From Nitrospirota bacterium (GTDB taxonomy: Bacteria; Nitrospirota; Thermodesulfovibrionia; Thermodesulfovibrionales; Dissulfurispiraceae): a stretch of 64,000 nucleotides of DNA. Within the stretch, counting starts at the first letter, position 1; every line of letters begins with the position of its first letter. The position numbers and the translations under genes are program-made. Below, one piece after another: positions 28,730 through 38,704 of this stretch. The stretch covers positions 1-64,000 of the forward strand of contig JBFMCP010000013.1 of the NCBI GenBank assembly GCA_040754455.1. Reading direction: 5' to 3'. The notes under the pieces are model-generated. The model was given only the letters and a program-made list of their open reading frames with translations, was not told the origin of the DNA and did not search any database.

Positions 28730-31063
28730 ATGAAGCACCGTCGAAGATGGAACGCGTTCATCGGAACATGTGCCGGTCTGCTGCTCATCATTGTATCAAC
28801 TGCAGCATTTGCAGCACCCCTGCCGGGTGGTACGTTGGACCCCCTTACCATCCCTAAATATGTCACGCCGCTCGTTATCCCGCCGGTGATGAATAGCGCA
28901 GGGCCGAACAACTATGACATTGCAGTGCGGCAGTTCTATCAGCAGATACTGCCGGGTGGAATATGGAACACGCTCAACGGTCGGGCTGATGCGTTCCCGG
29001 CGACGCTCGTTTGGAGCTACGGCCCTGCAGCCGATCCGGTGCCTGCGGTTGCACCCGATCCAGGCTCCCAATTCAATTATCCGGCCTACACGATCGAGAC
29101 TGTATCGATGATGCCGGTCAATGTCAGATGGCGCAACGAGTTGGTGGCGATCGATCCTGCAACGGGCTACCCCTATCCCGAAGGTTCTCCATCCCGCACT
29201 TTCCTGCCTCATCTGCTCCCTGTCGATCAGACACTCCACTGGGCCAATCCGCCTGCTACAGGCTGTGTGGACGGCATGGATATGAATCGCACGGATTGCC
29301 GGACGGCAAATCCTGCTCCCTACATGGGCCCTGTTCCTATTGTTACCCATGTGCATGGTGCTCATGTCGATTCTCATAGCGACGGATACCCTGAGGCGTG
29401 GTGGCTGCCGGTCGCCAGCAATATAGCCGGCTATACTCCCAAGGGATCGCTCTTTGATGACGTCAGTGGAACTAATTCCGGCAATCTCGGGTTTGCTGAC
29501 TACTACTACCGCAATGATCAGCCCGCGACGACGCTCTGGTACCACGACCACGCCCTCGGCATGACCCGCTCGAATGTCTATGCCGGCCCTGCGGGCTTCT
29601 GGCTGGTGAGGGGCGGCGTTTACGATGGTGCTAAGAATGGCATCACAGGTCTTCCGGCTGTGCTTCCGGGACCTGCGCCAGCAGCAGGACAGACTGTTCT
29701 TCAGCTCAATGTTCCGGGGGATCCGGTCAGGAACTCGATTCGCGAGATACCGATAGTAATCCAGGACCGGTCGTTCAACACTGATGGATCGCTTTTCTAT
29801 CCGGACACGAGGGCCTTCTTTGACGGATTTGCCGGACCTTATGTTCCTGATCCGGTCCCTAATTTTATAAGTATCTTCAGCGATATTTCACCTATCTGGA
29901 ACCCTGAGGCTTTTTTCAATACCATAGTCGTCAACGGCACCACCTGGCCAAAGCTGGAGGTTGCCCCGGCGCTCTACCGCTTCCGTCTCCTGAACGGCTG
30001 CAACTCCCGGTTCCTGAACCTGGCCTTGTACAAGGTGCATAAGAAGAAAGGTACACTTACAGGCCAGTTGCCCTTCTTCCAAATCGGTGCTGAGCAGGGA
30101 TTCCTGCCGCAGGTGGTGAGGATCGCAGCGGGCGAAGCCACGCCACTGCCGGGTGACGGTACTGTTCCTGCTCCTGTGCCGACCAATAAACAGCAGGCCC
30201 TCCTCATGGGTCTTGCCGAGAGAGCAGACGTGATTGTGGACTTCCGCAATCTTCCCAACGGTACAATTGTCCAGATGGTCAACACGGCGCCGGACGCTCC
30301 CTTTGGCGGATTCCCGGATATTCCGGCTGATCCCGCGACCACCGGACAGGTGATGCAGTTTGTGGTGAACTATGCGTTGGCCGGTGCGAGCCCCACTGAC
30401 CCTGTCTTGGCGGATGGGGTGACGCCGAACCCTCACGCCGCAACCGATCCCTACAGCCTGGTGCCGAATGCCGAGCCTCGCCTCGGGGCATCTGTCGTGA
30501 CGCGGCAGGTTTCGCTTAATGAAGAGGAGTCAGCGACGGTATGCGTAGATGTCAACAACATCGTGATCCCCGATGCCCTGCCGCCCCTTTGCAACGGCCT
30601 TGGCGTGCCTGCTGCTCCTAAGGCGGCCAAGTTGGGTCTTGTTGACCTGACAAATCCGGCCATGCCGCTCGGCATTCCGCTGAGCTGGATGGACATGAGC
30701 GGTGCGAGCACCCCGGTATCGGTGACCCTCCAGAGCGGCGTTACCATGACGGTCAACGTCACTGAAAATCCGATGTTGAATAACACGGAGACATGGGAAA
30801 TCTATAACTTTACCGTCGACGCGCATCCGATCCATCTGCACCTCGTGCGGTTCGAGGTGGTGAACCGCGAAGTGATCGGCGTTCCCGGTGCGATACCGCC
30901 TGAGGCATGGGAGAGAGGCTACAAGGACACCGTAATCGCGTATCCGGGCCAGATCACGCGCGTCAAGGCGAAATTCGACATCGCCGGCCTCTATGTCTGG
31001 CACTGTCATATCGTGGAGCACGAGGATAACGAAATGATGAGACCCTACGTGGTTTCACCATAA
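28730..31063 (+). CDS. Multicopper oxidase, CotA/bilirubin-oxidase-like, exported
   Basis: THVHG, WYHDH, HPIHLH, WHCHIVEHEDNEMM copper motifs; signal peptide. Confidence 0.92.
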   Translation: MKHRRRWNAFIGTCAGLLLIIVSTAAFAAPLPGGTLDPLTIPKYVTPLVIPPVMNSAGPNNYDIAVRQFYQQILPGGIWNTLNGRADAFPATLVWSYGPAADPVPAVAPDPGSQFNYPAYTIETVSMMPVNVRWRNELVAIDPATGYPYPEGSPSRTFLPHLLPVDQTLHWANPPATGCVDGMDMNRTDCRTANPAPYMGPVPIVTHVHGAHVDSHSDGYPEAWWLPVASNIAGYTPKGSLFDDVSGTNSGNLGFADYYYRNDQPATTLWYHDHALGMTRSNVYAGPAGFWLVRGGVYDGAKNGITGLPAVLPGPAPAAGQTVLQLNVPGDPVRNSIREIPIVIQDRSFNTDGSLFYPDTRAFFDGFAGPYVPDPVPNFISIFSDISPIWNPEAFFNTIVVNGTTWPKLEVAPALYRFRLLNGCNSRFLNLALYKVHKKKGTLTGQLPFFQIGAEQGFLPQVVRIAAGEATPLPGDGTVPAPVPTNKQQALLMGLAERADVIVDFRNLPNGTIVQMVNTAPDAPFGGFPDIPADPATTGQVMQFVVNYALAGASPTDPVLADGVTPNPHAATDPYSLVPNAEPRLGASVVTRQVSLNEEESATVCVDVNNIVIPDALPPLCNGLGVPAAPKAAKLGLVDLTNPAMPLGIPLSWMDMSGASTPVSVTLQSGVTMTVNVTENPMLNNTETWEIYNFTVDAHPIHLHLVRFEVVNREVIGVPGAIPPEAWERGYKDTVIAYPGQITRVKAKFDIAGLYVWHCHIVEHEDNEMMRPYVVSP

Positions 31064-31083
31064 TGAATAATAGAAACTTTTGT

Positions 31084-31119
31084 CAGAAGAGAGGGCCGCA
31101 TATGCGGCCCTCTCTTCTG
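31084..31119. terminator. Perfect 36-bp palindrome between the two oxidase genes
   Basis: CAGAAGAGAGGGCCGCAT|ATGCGGCCCTCTCTTCTG. Confidence 0.6.
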
Positions 31120-31194
31120 CTTCAAATCTAAATTTGTGGTTATTATTGTGCTTAAAATTAAAGATTTGATGGCGAGGTATAAGGAGATATTCAT

Positions 31195-32751
31195 ATGAAA
31201 AAAATTACCAGAAGGGAATTCTTCAAACGGGCTTCCGTCGCGGCAATAGGCGGCTATATGGCCCTTAAGGCCCTGCCGTCCCACGCCGGAATGATGGGAG
31301 GCAGTGGCGGCGGCATGGGCGGCGGTGGAACGAGCATCATCGATCCGCCTGTGGGAGAGCTGTTCCGCGACCCGTATGTCCTCCCCAATCTTAGTCAGGA
31401 GACGGGCGTCGTCGAGGTCAGTTTGAAGGCGATGCGGGCGCCTGCCGATATTAACGGCGTGACAGCCAACCTTCTTACCTACAACGGCTTGTTCCCTGGA
31501 GGAACGATCAGGGCGCGCACGAGTGACCTTCTGCGGATCAGATTCCATAATGGGCTGCCGGATAATGGAGCTCTCAATTTCCTCGGGCATCCGATGTACG
31601 TCACCAACCTGCATACGCACGGGCTGCATGTCACACCGGGAGATAACGAAAACGGCACCCACGGGGACAACATGCTTGTGATGCTGAATCCCGGCGAGAG
31701 CACTATCTACGAGTACGATTTGTCGAAGCACTATCCCGGCACGCTCAATTTCTATCATCCTCATATCCATGGTTCGGTAACCGACCAGATGTGGGGAGGG
31801 ATGGCCGGCTGTCTTGTTGTCGAGGACGAGGTGAGCTCGCTTGCCCCATACGAAACGCATATAATGGTGCTGAAGGACATCACGCTTGCAGGCTCTGAAC
31901 CCGCGCCGCACACTTCCATGATGCAGTATATGCACGGCCTGGAAGGCGATACCGTCATGGTGAACGGCCAGGTCAATCCCCGCCTGTATATCAAGGCCGG
32001 TCAGGTGCAGCGGTGGAGGATCGTCAATTCCTGCACCGCACGCTTCTTCCGGCTCAGCCTTGCGAACCATACTATGTATCTGGTGGGCACCGAAGGCGGA
32101 CTGCTCGATAAGCCGTATGCTGTCACCGAACTGCTCGTCTCGCCCGGTGAGCGAGTTGATATCCTGGTCAAGGCAAGCAGAAGCTCGGGCTCGTACAAGT
32201 TCCTGTCGCTTCCCTATAGCCGAATTGGCAATATGGGCGGTCAGCAGGTGACCCTATTGACGCTGACCTACAGCGGCAGGCAAGACCAATCCCTGCCTGC
32301 ATCGGTCGACCCGGCAGCTAAACGAGTCGCGATGGACACGAGCGGGCTGCCACGAAAGACCATGACCCTGTCCATGGGGCAGGGCGCCGGCTATATCAAC
32401 GGCATTACCTACGTCGACCACGAGCATTGTTACACAGCTATGTCCCATCTGGGCACCTGGGAGGTATGGGAGATCATCAATCAGAGCGGGATGGACCATC
32501 CCTTCCACCATCACACCAATTCTGCGCAGGTCCTCTCCATTACGGGTGGTGATGCCAAATACGCTTCCCTCTATACGACCACTCCTGCCTGGAAAGATGT
32601 TACTATTGTGCCGAAGTGGGGGAAAATAGAGCTGCTTATGCCGGTGATGGATTACGAAGGTATGGCCATGTTCCACTGCCACATTATCGAGCATGAAGAT
32701 ATCGGCATGATGGGAATGTGGCATATCATGGGAATGATGGGAGGGTTGTGA
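31195..32751 (+). CDS. Tat-exported multicopper oxidase (CueO/SufI-like, Met-rich)
   Basis: TRREFFK signal; NLHTHG, FYHPH, HPFHHH, FHCHIIEHEDIGMM. Confidence 0.92.
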   Translation: MKKITRREFFKRASVAAIGGYMALKALPSHAGMMGGSGGGMGGGGTSIIDPPVGELFRDPYVLPNLSQETGVVEVSLKAMRAPADINGVTANLLTYNGLFPGGTIRARTSDLLRIRFHNGLPDNGALNFLGHPMYVTNLHTHGLHVTPGDNENGTHGDNMLVMLNPGESTIYEYDLSKHYPGTLNFYHPHIHGSVTDQMWGGMAGCLVVEDEVSSLAPYETHIMVLKDITLAGSEPAPHTSMMQYMHGLEGDTVMVNGQVNPRLYIKAGQVQRWRIVNSCTARFFRLSLANHTMYLVGTEGGLLDKPYAVTELLVSPGERVDILVKASRSSGSYKFLSLPYSRIGNMGGQQVTLLTLTYSGRQDQSLPASVDPAAKRVAMDTSGLPRKTMTLSMGQGAGYINGITYVDHEHCYTAMSHLGTWEVWEIINQSGMDHPFHHHTNSAQVLSITGGDAKYASLYTTTPAWKDVTIVPKWGKIELLMPVMDYEGMAMFHCHIIEHEDIGMMGMWHIMGMMGGL

Positions 32752-32923
32752 AAGAAAGCAGGGGATTGCTCAAATATCGATAAAATATATTCGCGAGATT
32801 ACAGGCTGACGAAGAGGGAAAGCATGACCGCTTTCCCTTTTTTTGCGACCGAAGGAATATTCTCTTTTGTAGTGTTTACCAAAAATGCGTATAATTTTAA
32901 ATAACATTAGATCGGAGGCACTT

Positions 32924-33154
32924 ATGGCACGCGCGTACTTGCTGATCAATGTCTTGCCGGGAAGGGATGTAGCCATCAGGGATACGTTGAGAGGGACGAA
33001 AGGTGTGGTGAATGCCGACGTGGTCACCGGGCCGTACGACATCGTTGCCGTGCTCGAGAGCGGCGCATCAGAGGACATTTACAATAATATTATTAAAAAG
33101 ATAAGAAGGTTGAAGGGAATAAACCGCACCGAGACCTTTGTTGCGATAGAATAA
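32924..33154 (+). CDS. Stand-alone Lrp/AsnC ligand-binding domain protein
   Basis: AYLLINV.PG, VTGPYDIV, GINRTET; no HTH; SD GGAGG. Confidence 0.85.
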   Translation: MARAYLLINVLPGRDVAIRDTLRGTKGVVNADVVTGPYDIVAVLESGASEDIYNNIIKKIRRLKGINRTETFVAIE

Positions 33155-33604
33155 ATGCAGCCTCCGGGCACCGATATAGAGCGGGCAGAGCGGCTGAAAG
33201 AGGTTTTCCAGAATCTCTATGAGGTCAACAAGAGAATCCCCATCATCGTCGAGGGGAAAAGGGATGTCCGCGCCCTGCGGAGGATAGGCCTTATCGGTGA
33301 TATTATCGCCCTCCACGGCGGCAAGGGAATATACGATTTCTGCGAGGAGATTGCCGAGCGCTATAACCGTGTGCTTTTGCTCATGGATTGGGATGACAGG
33401 GGGGAAAAGCTCTTCAAGGCCCTGTCGGAACATTTGAAGGGACATTGGGAGGAGTTCTCTGCGTTCAGGGAGATCATCAAGATCCTCTGCCAGAAGGACG
33501 TCAAGGATATCGAGGGAGTCCCGGTGCTGCTTGAGCGACTGGCCGGTGCAGAGGTTACGGTGTGCGAGCCGGAAGAGAGCGAAGGATTTTGGGGAGATAT
33601 ATGA
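33155..33604 (+). CDS. Small Toprim-domain protein (RNase M5/primase-like)
   Basis: IIVEGKRD and LMDWDDRGE Toprim motifs; KDIEG. Confidence 0.85.
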   Translation: MQPPGTDIERAERLKEVFQNLYEVNKRIPIIVEGKRDVRALRRIGLIGDIIALHGGKGIYDFCEEIAERYNRVLLLMDWDDRGEKLFKALSEHLKGHWEEFSAFREIIKILCQKDVKDIEGVPVLLERLAGAEVTVCEPEESEGFWGDI

Positions 33605-33945
33605 TACAATCCTTTGGCCGGCATGGAGAGGACATCGCCGTCGATTATCTGAAGGAGAAAGGCTATCTCCTTCTGCATCGCAACTACCGGACTCCCCTCG
33701 GTGAAGCGGATATCATTGCAAGGGACAACGATGCAGTCGTGTTTGTAGAGGTGAAGAGCAGAACCAGCACGGCCTTTGGCCAGCCCTTCGAGGCAGTGAA
33801 TTTCAGAAAACAGGAGAAGCTGAAGAAGATTGCACTTTATTATCTAAAGCATAATAATATCCAGGCGCCGGTGCGCTTCGATGTCATAAGCATCATATCC
33901 AGAAACGGAAAAGAAGAGATCAATCATATAGTAGAAGCGTTCTAA
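33601..33945 (+). CDS. yraN: YraN (UPF0102) putative nuclease
   Basis: G..GE..A..YL, RNYR...GEADII, FVEVKSR, RFDVI. Confidence 0.92.
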   Translation: MIQSFGRHGEDIAVDYLKEKGYLLLHRNYRTPLGEADIIARDNDAVVFVEVKSRTSTAFGQPFEAVNFRKQEKLKKIALYYLKHNNIQAPVRFDVISIISRNGKEEINHIVEAF

Positions 33946-33949
33946 GAGG

Positions 33950-34018
33950 CAAATTCTGAACTCCAAGCACTACATCCGAAATAATTTGGACTTGGTTTTG
34001 TTTAGAGGTTAGGATTTG
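33950..34018. repeat. Short member of the heptamer inverted-repeat family
   Basis: AAATTCTGAACTCCAAGCAC...TTTGTTTAGAGGTTAGGATTT; right end matches the TTAGGATTT end of the 10395-10526 element. Confidence 0.45.
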
Positions 34019-34027
34019 AGGTTGATT

Positions 34028-34912
34028 ATGTTGGTTTATCTGAACGATAAGATCATTCCTGCAGCAGAGGCGAAGATCTCGATCTTCGACCACGGGTTCC
34101 TCTACGGCGACGGCATCTATGAGACGCTGCGCGTCTACGACGGCGTGGTCTTCCTGCTCGATGAGCACCTTGAGCGGCTCTATCGGTCAGCCATGCTCAT
34201 CGGACTCGACATTCCCAAGGATGTGGCAGGCATCAAATCGGCAATTTATGATACCCTCCAGGCAAATAAGCTCAGGAATGCCTATGTGCGTCTGACGGTT
34301 TCGAGGGGTGAGGGGGAGATAGGGCTCGATCCCGCTCTCTGCCGGAAGCCCACCTTTATCGTCGTCACCAAGGAACTCGCCGAATATCCCCGCGCCTACT
34401 ACGAAGAGGGTGTACGTATTATTATCCCCGTGGTAAAGAGGAACTGCCGCGAGGCGCTCAATCCACAGATCAAATCGCTCAATTTCCTGAACAACATTCT
34501 CGCCAAGATCGAAGCGAAAAAGGCAGATGCCTATGAGGCGGTAATGACCAATGTCGCGGGCCATCTCGCGGAAGGCACAATCTGCAATATCTTCTTTGTT
34601 AAAGACGGCATCCTGTGCACTCCCTCGATAGAGTGCGGCATTTTGGACGGCATCACGAGGTCGCTGGTGCTTGATCTCGCATTTCGGAACGATATAACGA
34701 TTAAGGAAGGAGAATTCACCCCTGCCGAGCTGTACAAGGCCTCCGAGGTCTTTATTACGAACACGACGATGGAGGTCATGCCGGTAAGCAGGGTGGATGA
34801 CGTGCATTATAAGGTTGGCGAGATTGCGAAACTGCTTCATACAAAATACCGACAAGAGGTGAACGGGTATGTCAGAGAGAAAAAAGGAGAAAGCCCCTCG
34901 CTATGGCAGTAA
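34028..34912 (+). CDS. Aminotransferase class IV (branched-chain aminotransferase/PabC-like)
   Basis: DHGFLYGDGIYE, HLERL, IKSLNFL, EGTICNIF, ILDGITR. Confidence 0.9.
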   Translation: MLVYLNDKIIPAAEAKISIFDHGFLYGDGIYETLRVYDGVVFLLDEHLERLYRSAMLIGLDIPKDVAGIKSAIYDTLQANKLRNAYVRLTVSRGEGEIGLDPALCRKPTFIVVTKELAEYPRAYYEEGVRIIIPVVKRNCREALNPQIKSLNFLNNILAKIEAKKADAYEAVMTNVAGHLAEGTICNIFFVKDGILCTPSIECGILDGITRSLVLDLAFRNDITIKEGEFTPAELYKASEVFITNTTMEVMPVSRVDDVHYKVGEIAKLLHTKYRQEVNGYVREKKGESPSLWQ

Positions 34913-35579
34913 AAAGCTCGCTCCTGGAGAGCTGGCGCGGTACATCGACCACAGCCTTTTGAATCCTTTCGCTACCGAAGCGGACATCATCAGGCTCTGC
35001 AAGGGGGCGATAAAGTATAACTTCTACGCTGTCTGCGTGCATCCCTATTATGTTCCCCTCTGCAAAGCCATCCTGACCGGCTATGATACAAAAGTAGCCA
35101 CGGTCATCGGTTTCCCCCATGGCATGACCATGAAGAATGCGAAGGTTTATGAAGCGACACAGGCGGTGCTGTACGGCGCTCAGGAGCTCGATATCGTCAT
35201 CAATATAGGAGCGGTGAAATCAGGGAACTTCGATTTCATAACCGGAGAGATCACTGAAATCGTGAGCGCGACCAAATCGGCCGCTCACAAGATCATCATA
35301 GAGACCTGCTACCTCAATGACAAGGAAAAGCGCGCAGTTGCCGAGATCGCGGCGGGATGCGGCGCACGGTTTGTCAAGACGTCGACCGGCTTCGGCACCA
35401 AAGGAGCAACGATCAAGGATGTGCAGCTGCTCAAAGAAGTCGTTAAAGACAGGGCGGGAGTCAAGGCCTCGGGCGGCATCAGGACGCTTGCGCAGGTGCT
35501 GAAGTTCATCAATGCCGGGGCATCGAGAATCGGGACGAGTTCTGGCATGGAGATCATGAAAGAGGCATTGATCGCGTAA
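34869..35579 (+). CDS. deoC: Deoxyribose-phosphate aldolase
   Basis: IDHSLL, VIGFPHG, KIIIET, FVKTSTGF, KASGGIR, RIGTS. Confidence 0.95.
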   Translation: MSERKKEKAPRYGSKKLAPGELARYIDHSLLNPFATEADIIRLCKGAIKYNFYAVCVHPYYVPLCKAILTGYDTKVATVIGFPHGMTMKNAKVYEATQAVLYGAQELDIVINIGAVKSGNFDFITGEITEIVSATKSAAHKIIIETCYLNDKEKRAVAEIAAGCGARFVKTSTGFGTKGATIKDVQLLKEVVKDRAGVKASGGIRTLAQVLKFINAGASRIGTSSGMEIMKEALIA

Positions 35580-35588
35580 GGCCTGCCG

Positions 35589-35942
35589 TTACTCTCGTTG
35601 CTTCAAATGACAGCTCAAGCAGAGCTCGTCGTGCCGTTCTCTGAGGAGCTTCGGAAAGCCGCTCTTTTCATGCTGATCGTGACAGGTAATGCAGGTGATC
35701 TTTCCCCCGGAGCTCAACGGCAGTTTCTCCACTTTCATCTTGGGGACAATATCAACTTTGTGCTCACGCGCACCGCTCCGGTCGGAATGGCATTCGAGGC
35801 ATAAGGCAGAGAGAGGACTTTTGAGTGGGAATGGGGTTTTGCCGTCCAAAATATGGCAGAAGCTGCAATCGTGCTTCTCTGCCGGAAAGGCAGCTCCTGC
35901 AGTTAAGAGGCTCAAAACCAATAGCAGAGATACTGTCTTCAA
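35589..35942 (-). CDS. Small periplasmic tetraheme c-type cytochrome (doubled-CXXCH type)
   Basis: Signal peptide; CSFCH, CLECH, CITCH, CLSCH. Confidence 0.85.
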   Translation of the reverse strand: MKTVSLLLVLSLLTAGAAFPAEKHDCSFCHILDGKTPFPLKSPLSALCLECHSDRSGAREHKVDIVPKMKVEKLPLSSGGKITCITCHDQHEKSGFPKLLRERHDELCLSCHLKQRE

Positions 35943-35996
35943 TCTGTTCCCCTGTTATTGATATAGTTTACCATGTGCATCGCGGTAAATGGAAAA

Positions 35997-37100
35997 TTAC
36001 TCAGGGATCCGGCTGTAGAGATAGACCGATATGACCGCAAAGAGCGCGGGGACAATCCAGGGCGCAATGATCGGCGGTAGTGCCCCGGCATACCCGAGGG
36101 AGAGAAAGAGCGAATAACTGAACCAGTAGATCAGGCTGATGAGGAGTCCCAGTCCTGCGGCGATGATGCCGCCATGGGTGCTGAACCGTGCGGGGATAAG
36201 GCTTTTAAGCGCCTTCTGCTCGCCGCCGACCGAAAGGGCGATGCCAAGGAGCAGCATGAAGAGGTTAATCAGCGGATAAGAAAGGCGCGAGCTGATGTCA
36301 ACGGTGAGTTTCTGGTTCTTGAACCCCGCTGTAGTGAGGCGTTTCTGGTACTGTATAAGTTCAGGCATGGTCATCTCGCTGATCTCCCACATATCCTCCT
36401 GGAATATCTTCGGTGATTCGATGGAGGGGTAGAGCAGCTCAACCATCGTAGTGACTTTACCGCTCGTGACATCCAGAAGGGCGACGTTCTTGAGTTTCCA
36501 TGTGCTCCCGGCCCATTCGGCGGTCTCTGCATCGATCCGCTCTTTCAGCCCCCCGGCATCGAACTTGAAGATGCTTACCTCCTGCGAGATGTTCTGCTCA
36601 GGCAGGTAGAGGCCGATCCTGACGATCGAGCCGTCCTTGGCCCTCATGTAAAGGCTCCCTTCCTTAAAGGTGACCCCTTTCTTCTTTTTGGTAATCTGGT
36701 TTCTGACCGCCCGCACCTCTTTTGAGGTGAGGGGAACGATGATCTCCCCGAGCACGAAGCCGAAGAGCGTGAGCGCAATGCCGATGCCGACAAAGGGGAG
36801 CAGTATTTTTTTCATCCTCCCCGCGGCGGCTTTGATCACAACAATCTCTTTTCGCTTGATCGCTTGTGAAAAAATGAAGAGGCTGCTCAGGAGCGTTGCC
36901 ATGGCCATAAGATAGTTGAGGTACTTGGGGATTGTGAGGCCGATATATTTCAGCAGCAGGACCGCCGACGGCCGGTGCGGCATGAAATCATCGATCTTGT
37001 CGATGAAGCCCATGATGCTGAAGATGAGGGCAATGCCCAGCCCCAGCACCACCAATGACTTCAGGAATTCCTTGATGTATAATCGCTGTATTAGAAGCAT
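35997..37100 (-). CDS. lptG: LPS export permease, LptF/LptG family (LptG-like)
   Basis: RLYIKE N-terminus, EIVVIKAA, periplasmic domain, IIAPWIVP; tandem with an lptF-like gene. Confidence 0.85.
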   Translation of the reverse strand: MLLIQRLYIKEFLKSLVVLGLGIALIFSIMGFIDKIDDFMPHRPSAVLLLKYIGLTIPKYLNYLMAMATLLSSLFIFSQAIKRKEIVVIKAAAGRMKKILLPFVGIGIALTLFGFVLGEIIVPLTSKEVRAVRNQITKKKKGVTFKEGSLYMRAKDGSIVRIGLYLPEQNISQEVSIFKFDAGGLKERIDAETAEWAGSTWKLKNVALLDVTSGKVTTMVELLYPSIESPKIFQEDMWEISEMTMPELIQYQKRLTTAGFKNQKLTVDISSRLSYPLINLFMLLLGIALSVGGEQKALKSLIPARFSTHGGIIAAGLGLLISLIYWFSYSLFLSLGYAGALPPIIAPWIVPALFAVISVYLYSRIPE

Positions 37101-37107
37101 ACTCGTT

Positions 37108-37225
37108 AAATGTAACGTTTAAAAATAAAAAATACAGATTAAAATTCAAAATTAAATGTATGAACGTCGAGAGATTTTGAATTTTGAATTGAAATTTTTC
37201 ATTTTGCTTTTTAAATTTATAATTA
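37108..37225. repeat. AT-rich heptamer inverted-repeat hairpin between lptF and lptG
   Basis: A-rich arm (AAAATTCAAAAT) facing a T-rich arm (ATTTTGAATTTT). Confidence 0.55.
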
Positions 37226-38287
37226 TTTCCTGTTCACTTTTTCGAATACGATCACTGAAAAGATCGCCAATATGATAAACGAAAGCCAGGCCCCTATAAA
37301 ATGGGGCAGTCTCTCCGATCTCGCCAGATTTTCGCCGTACAGCAGGAGCGTATAGTAGAGCACGAAGACTGACAGGCCCACGGTCAACCCCCCGAGTCTT
37401 CCCGACTTTCCTGCCATAAGGGACAGGGCCGGACCGAGAAGAATCAGAATGAGACATATGGCGGGCATCGAGAGCCTCCGGTGGAATTCCAGGAGGAGGG
37501 GCATTCTCTTGTCCGGGGCTGCTGCCGATGCCTCGGCAAGTAGCTCCATCGGCGTCATCTCGCTGTTCTTCTTGTCCGAAGGTTCGACCGAGGGGGTGAG
37601 CTTGAAATGATAGGTGCCGAAGCGTATTTCGGTAAAAATGTCTTTTTTTGTGATATAGATGTGGCCGCTGCTCAGCGAGAAGCTCAGGGTATCATTTTCG
37701 GGGATCAGCTTGCCCTCTTTTGCGATGATCACCTTCTGCTCATCCTTCTTGCGCTCGTCGACAATGAAGATACCCGACAGCTTGTCCGGAGCGGGCTTCT
37801 CCTTGACGAGAATCACGATGTTCTTGAAAGCGGTATTGAAAATGCCTTCCTCTATAGTCATGGGCGCCCGTTTGGTCAGGATCTCGACAAGGTTTTTCCT
37901 TACCGCACTGCTGCTCAAGGGGCTGAGATAAAAACTCATGATAATGCCGATGAAGAAGCAGGCGACGCCGACATAGACGACCGGGGCTGCAATGCCTTTA
38001 AAAGACATTCCGCTGTTTCTGAGGATAATGAGTTCATTATCGGCGTTCATCCTGCCGTAGGCAAGGAGCACGGAGAGCAGCATCGCCATTGGGATCGTCA
38101 GGATCAGGATTTGTGGTTGCAGGTAGAGAATGACTTTCGTAACATCGACAAGGGACGCCCCGACGCCCGAGAGCACCCTGCTCAGACGCAGCAGCTTTTC
38201 CATCATGAGCGTGAAGTTGAGGAAAAGGATGGAGAGCAGGAACGACGTGAGCAGTTCCCTGAGTATGGAACGGTGAATTAAGAGCAT
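37223..38287 (-). CDS. lptF: LPS export permease, LptF/LptG family (LptF-like)
   Basis: LTIPMA, GRMNADNEL..LRNSGMS, EEGIFN, EFHRRLS. Confidence 0.88.
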   Translation of the reverse strand: MLLIHRSILRELLTSFLLSILFLNFTLMMEKLLRLSRVLSGVGASLVDVTKVILYLQPQILILTIPMAMLLSVLLAYGRMNADNELIILRNSGMSFKGIAAPVVYVGVACFFIGIIMSFYLSPLSSSAVRKNLVEILTKRAPMTIEEGIFNTAFKNIVILVKEKPAPDKLSGIFIVDERKKDEQKVIIAKEGKLIPENDTLSFSLSSGHIYITKKDIFTEIRFGTYHFKLTPSVEPSDKKNSEMTPMELLAEASAAAPDKRMPLLLEFHRRLSMPAICLILILLGPALSLMAGKSGRLGGLTVGLSVFVLYYTLLLYGENLARSERLPHFIGAWLSFIILAIFSVIVFEKVNRK

Positions 38288-38335
38288 ATCAGGTTATTAT
38301 AAATCATTTCCGCTCGGAATGAGAGCGATGCGGCG

Positions 38336-38704
38336 TTATTCTTCCAGTTTTGCTGCCAGACGGGCAACGTGGATGACGAGGTTCCTGGAGCTCTTGCTCT
38401 TAATCCTTTTGAAGTATCTGAGCAGCTTGCTCTCGGCGGGGGTGGCATACTGGGGCTGCTCCTCTGCGATCATCGATGCGGCAGAGGGTTCGAAAAAACA
38501 CGACAGCGGCACTGAAAGGGCATCGGCGATGACCTGAATGTTTTCGACATTGAGCTTGTTCTTCCCGTTCTCATAGCGCTGCACCTGCTGGTAGGTGACG
38601 CCGAGGATATCGGCAAGCTCTTGCTGTGACAACTTGAGTGCGCTCCGCCGTTTCTTGATCTTTTCGCCTATTTCCCTGCTCGTGATGAGCTTTCTTTTCC
38701 GCAT
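38336..38704 (-). CDS. XRE-family helix-turn-helix regulator
   Basis: IG.KIK.RR..LKLSQQELA..LGVTYQQVQRYE.G. Confidence 0.9.
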   Translation of the reverse strand: MRKRKLITSREIGEKIKKRRSALKLSQQELADILGVTYQQVQRYENGKNKLNVENIQVIADALSVPLSCFFEPSAASMIAEEQPQYATPAESKLLRYFKRIKSKSSRNLVIHVARLAAKLEE

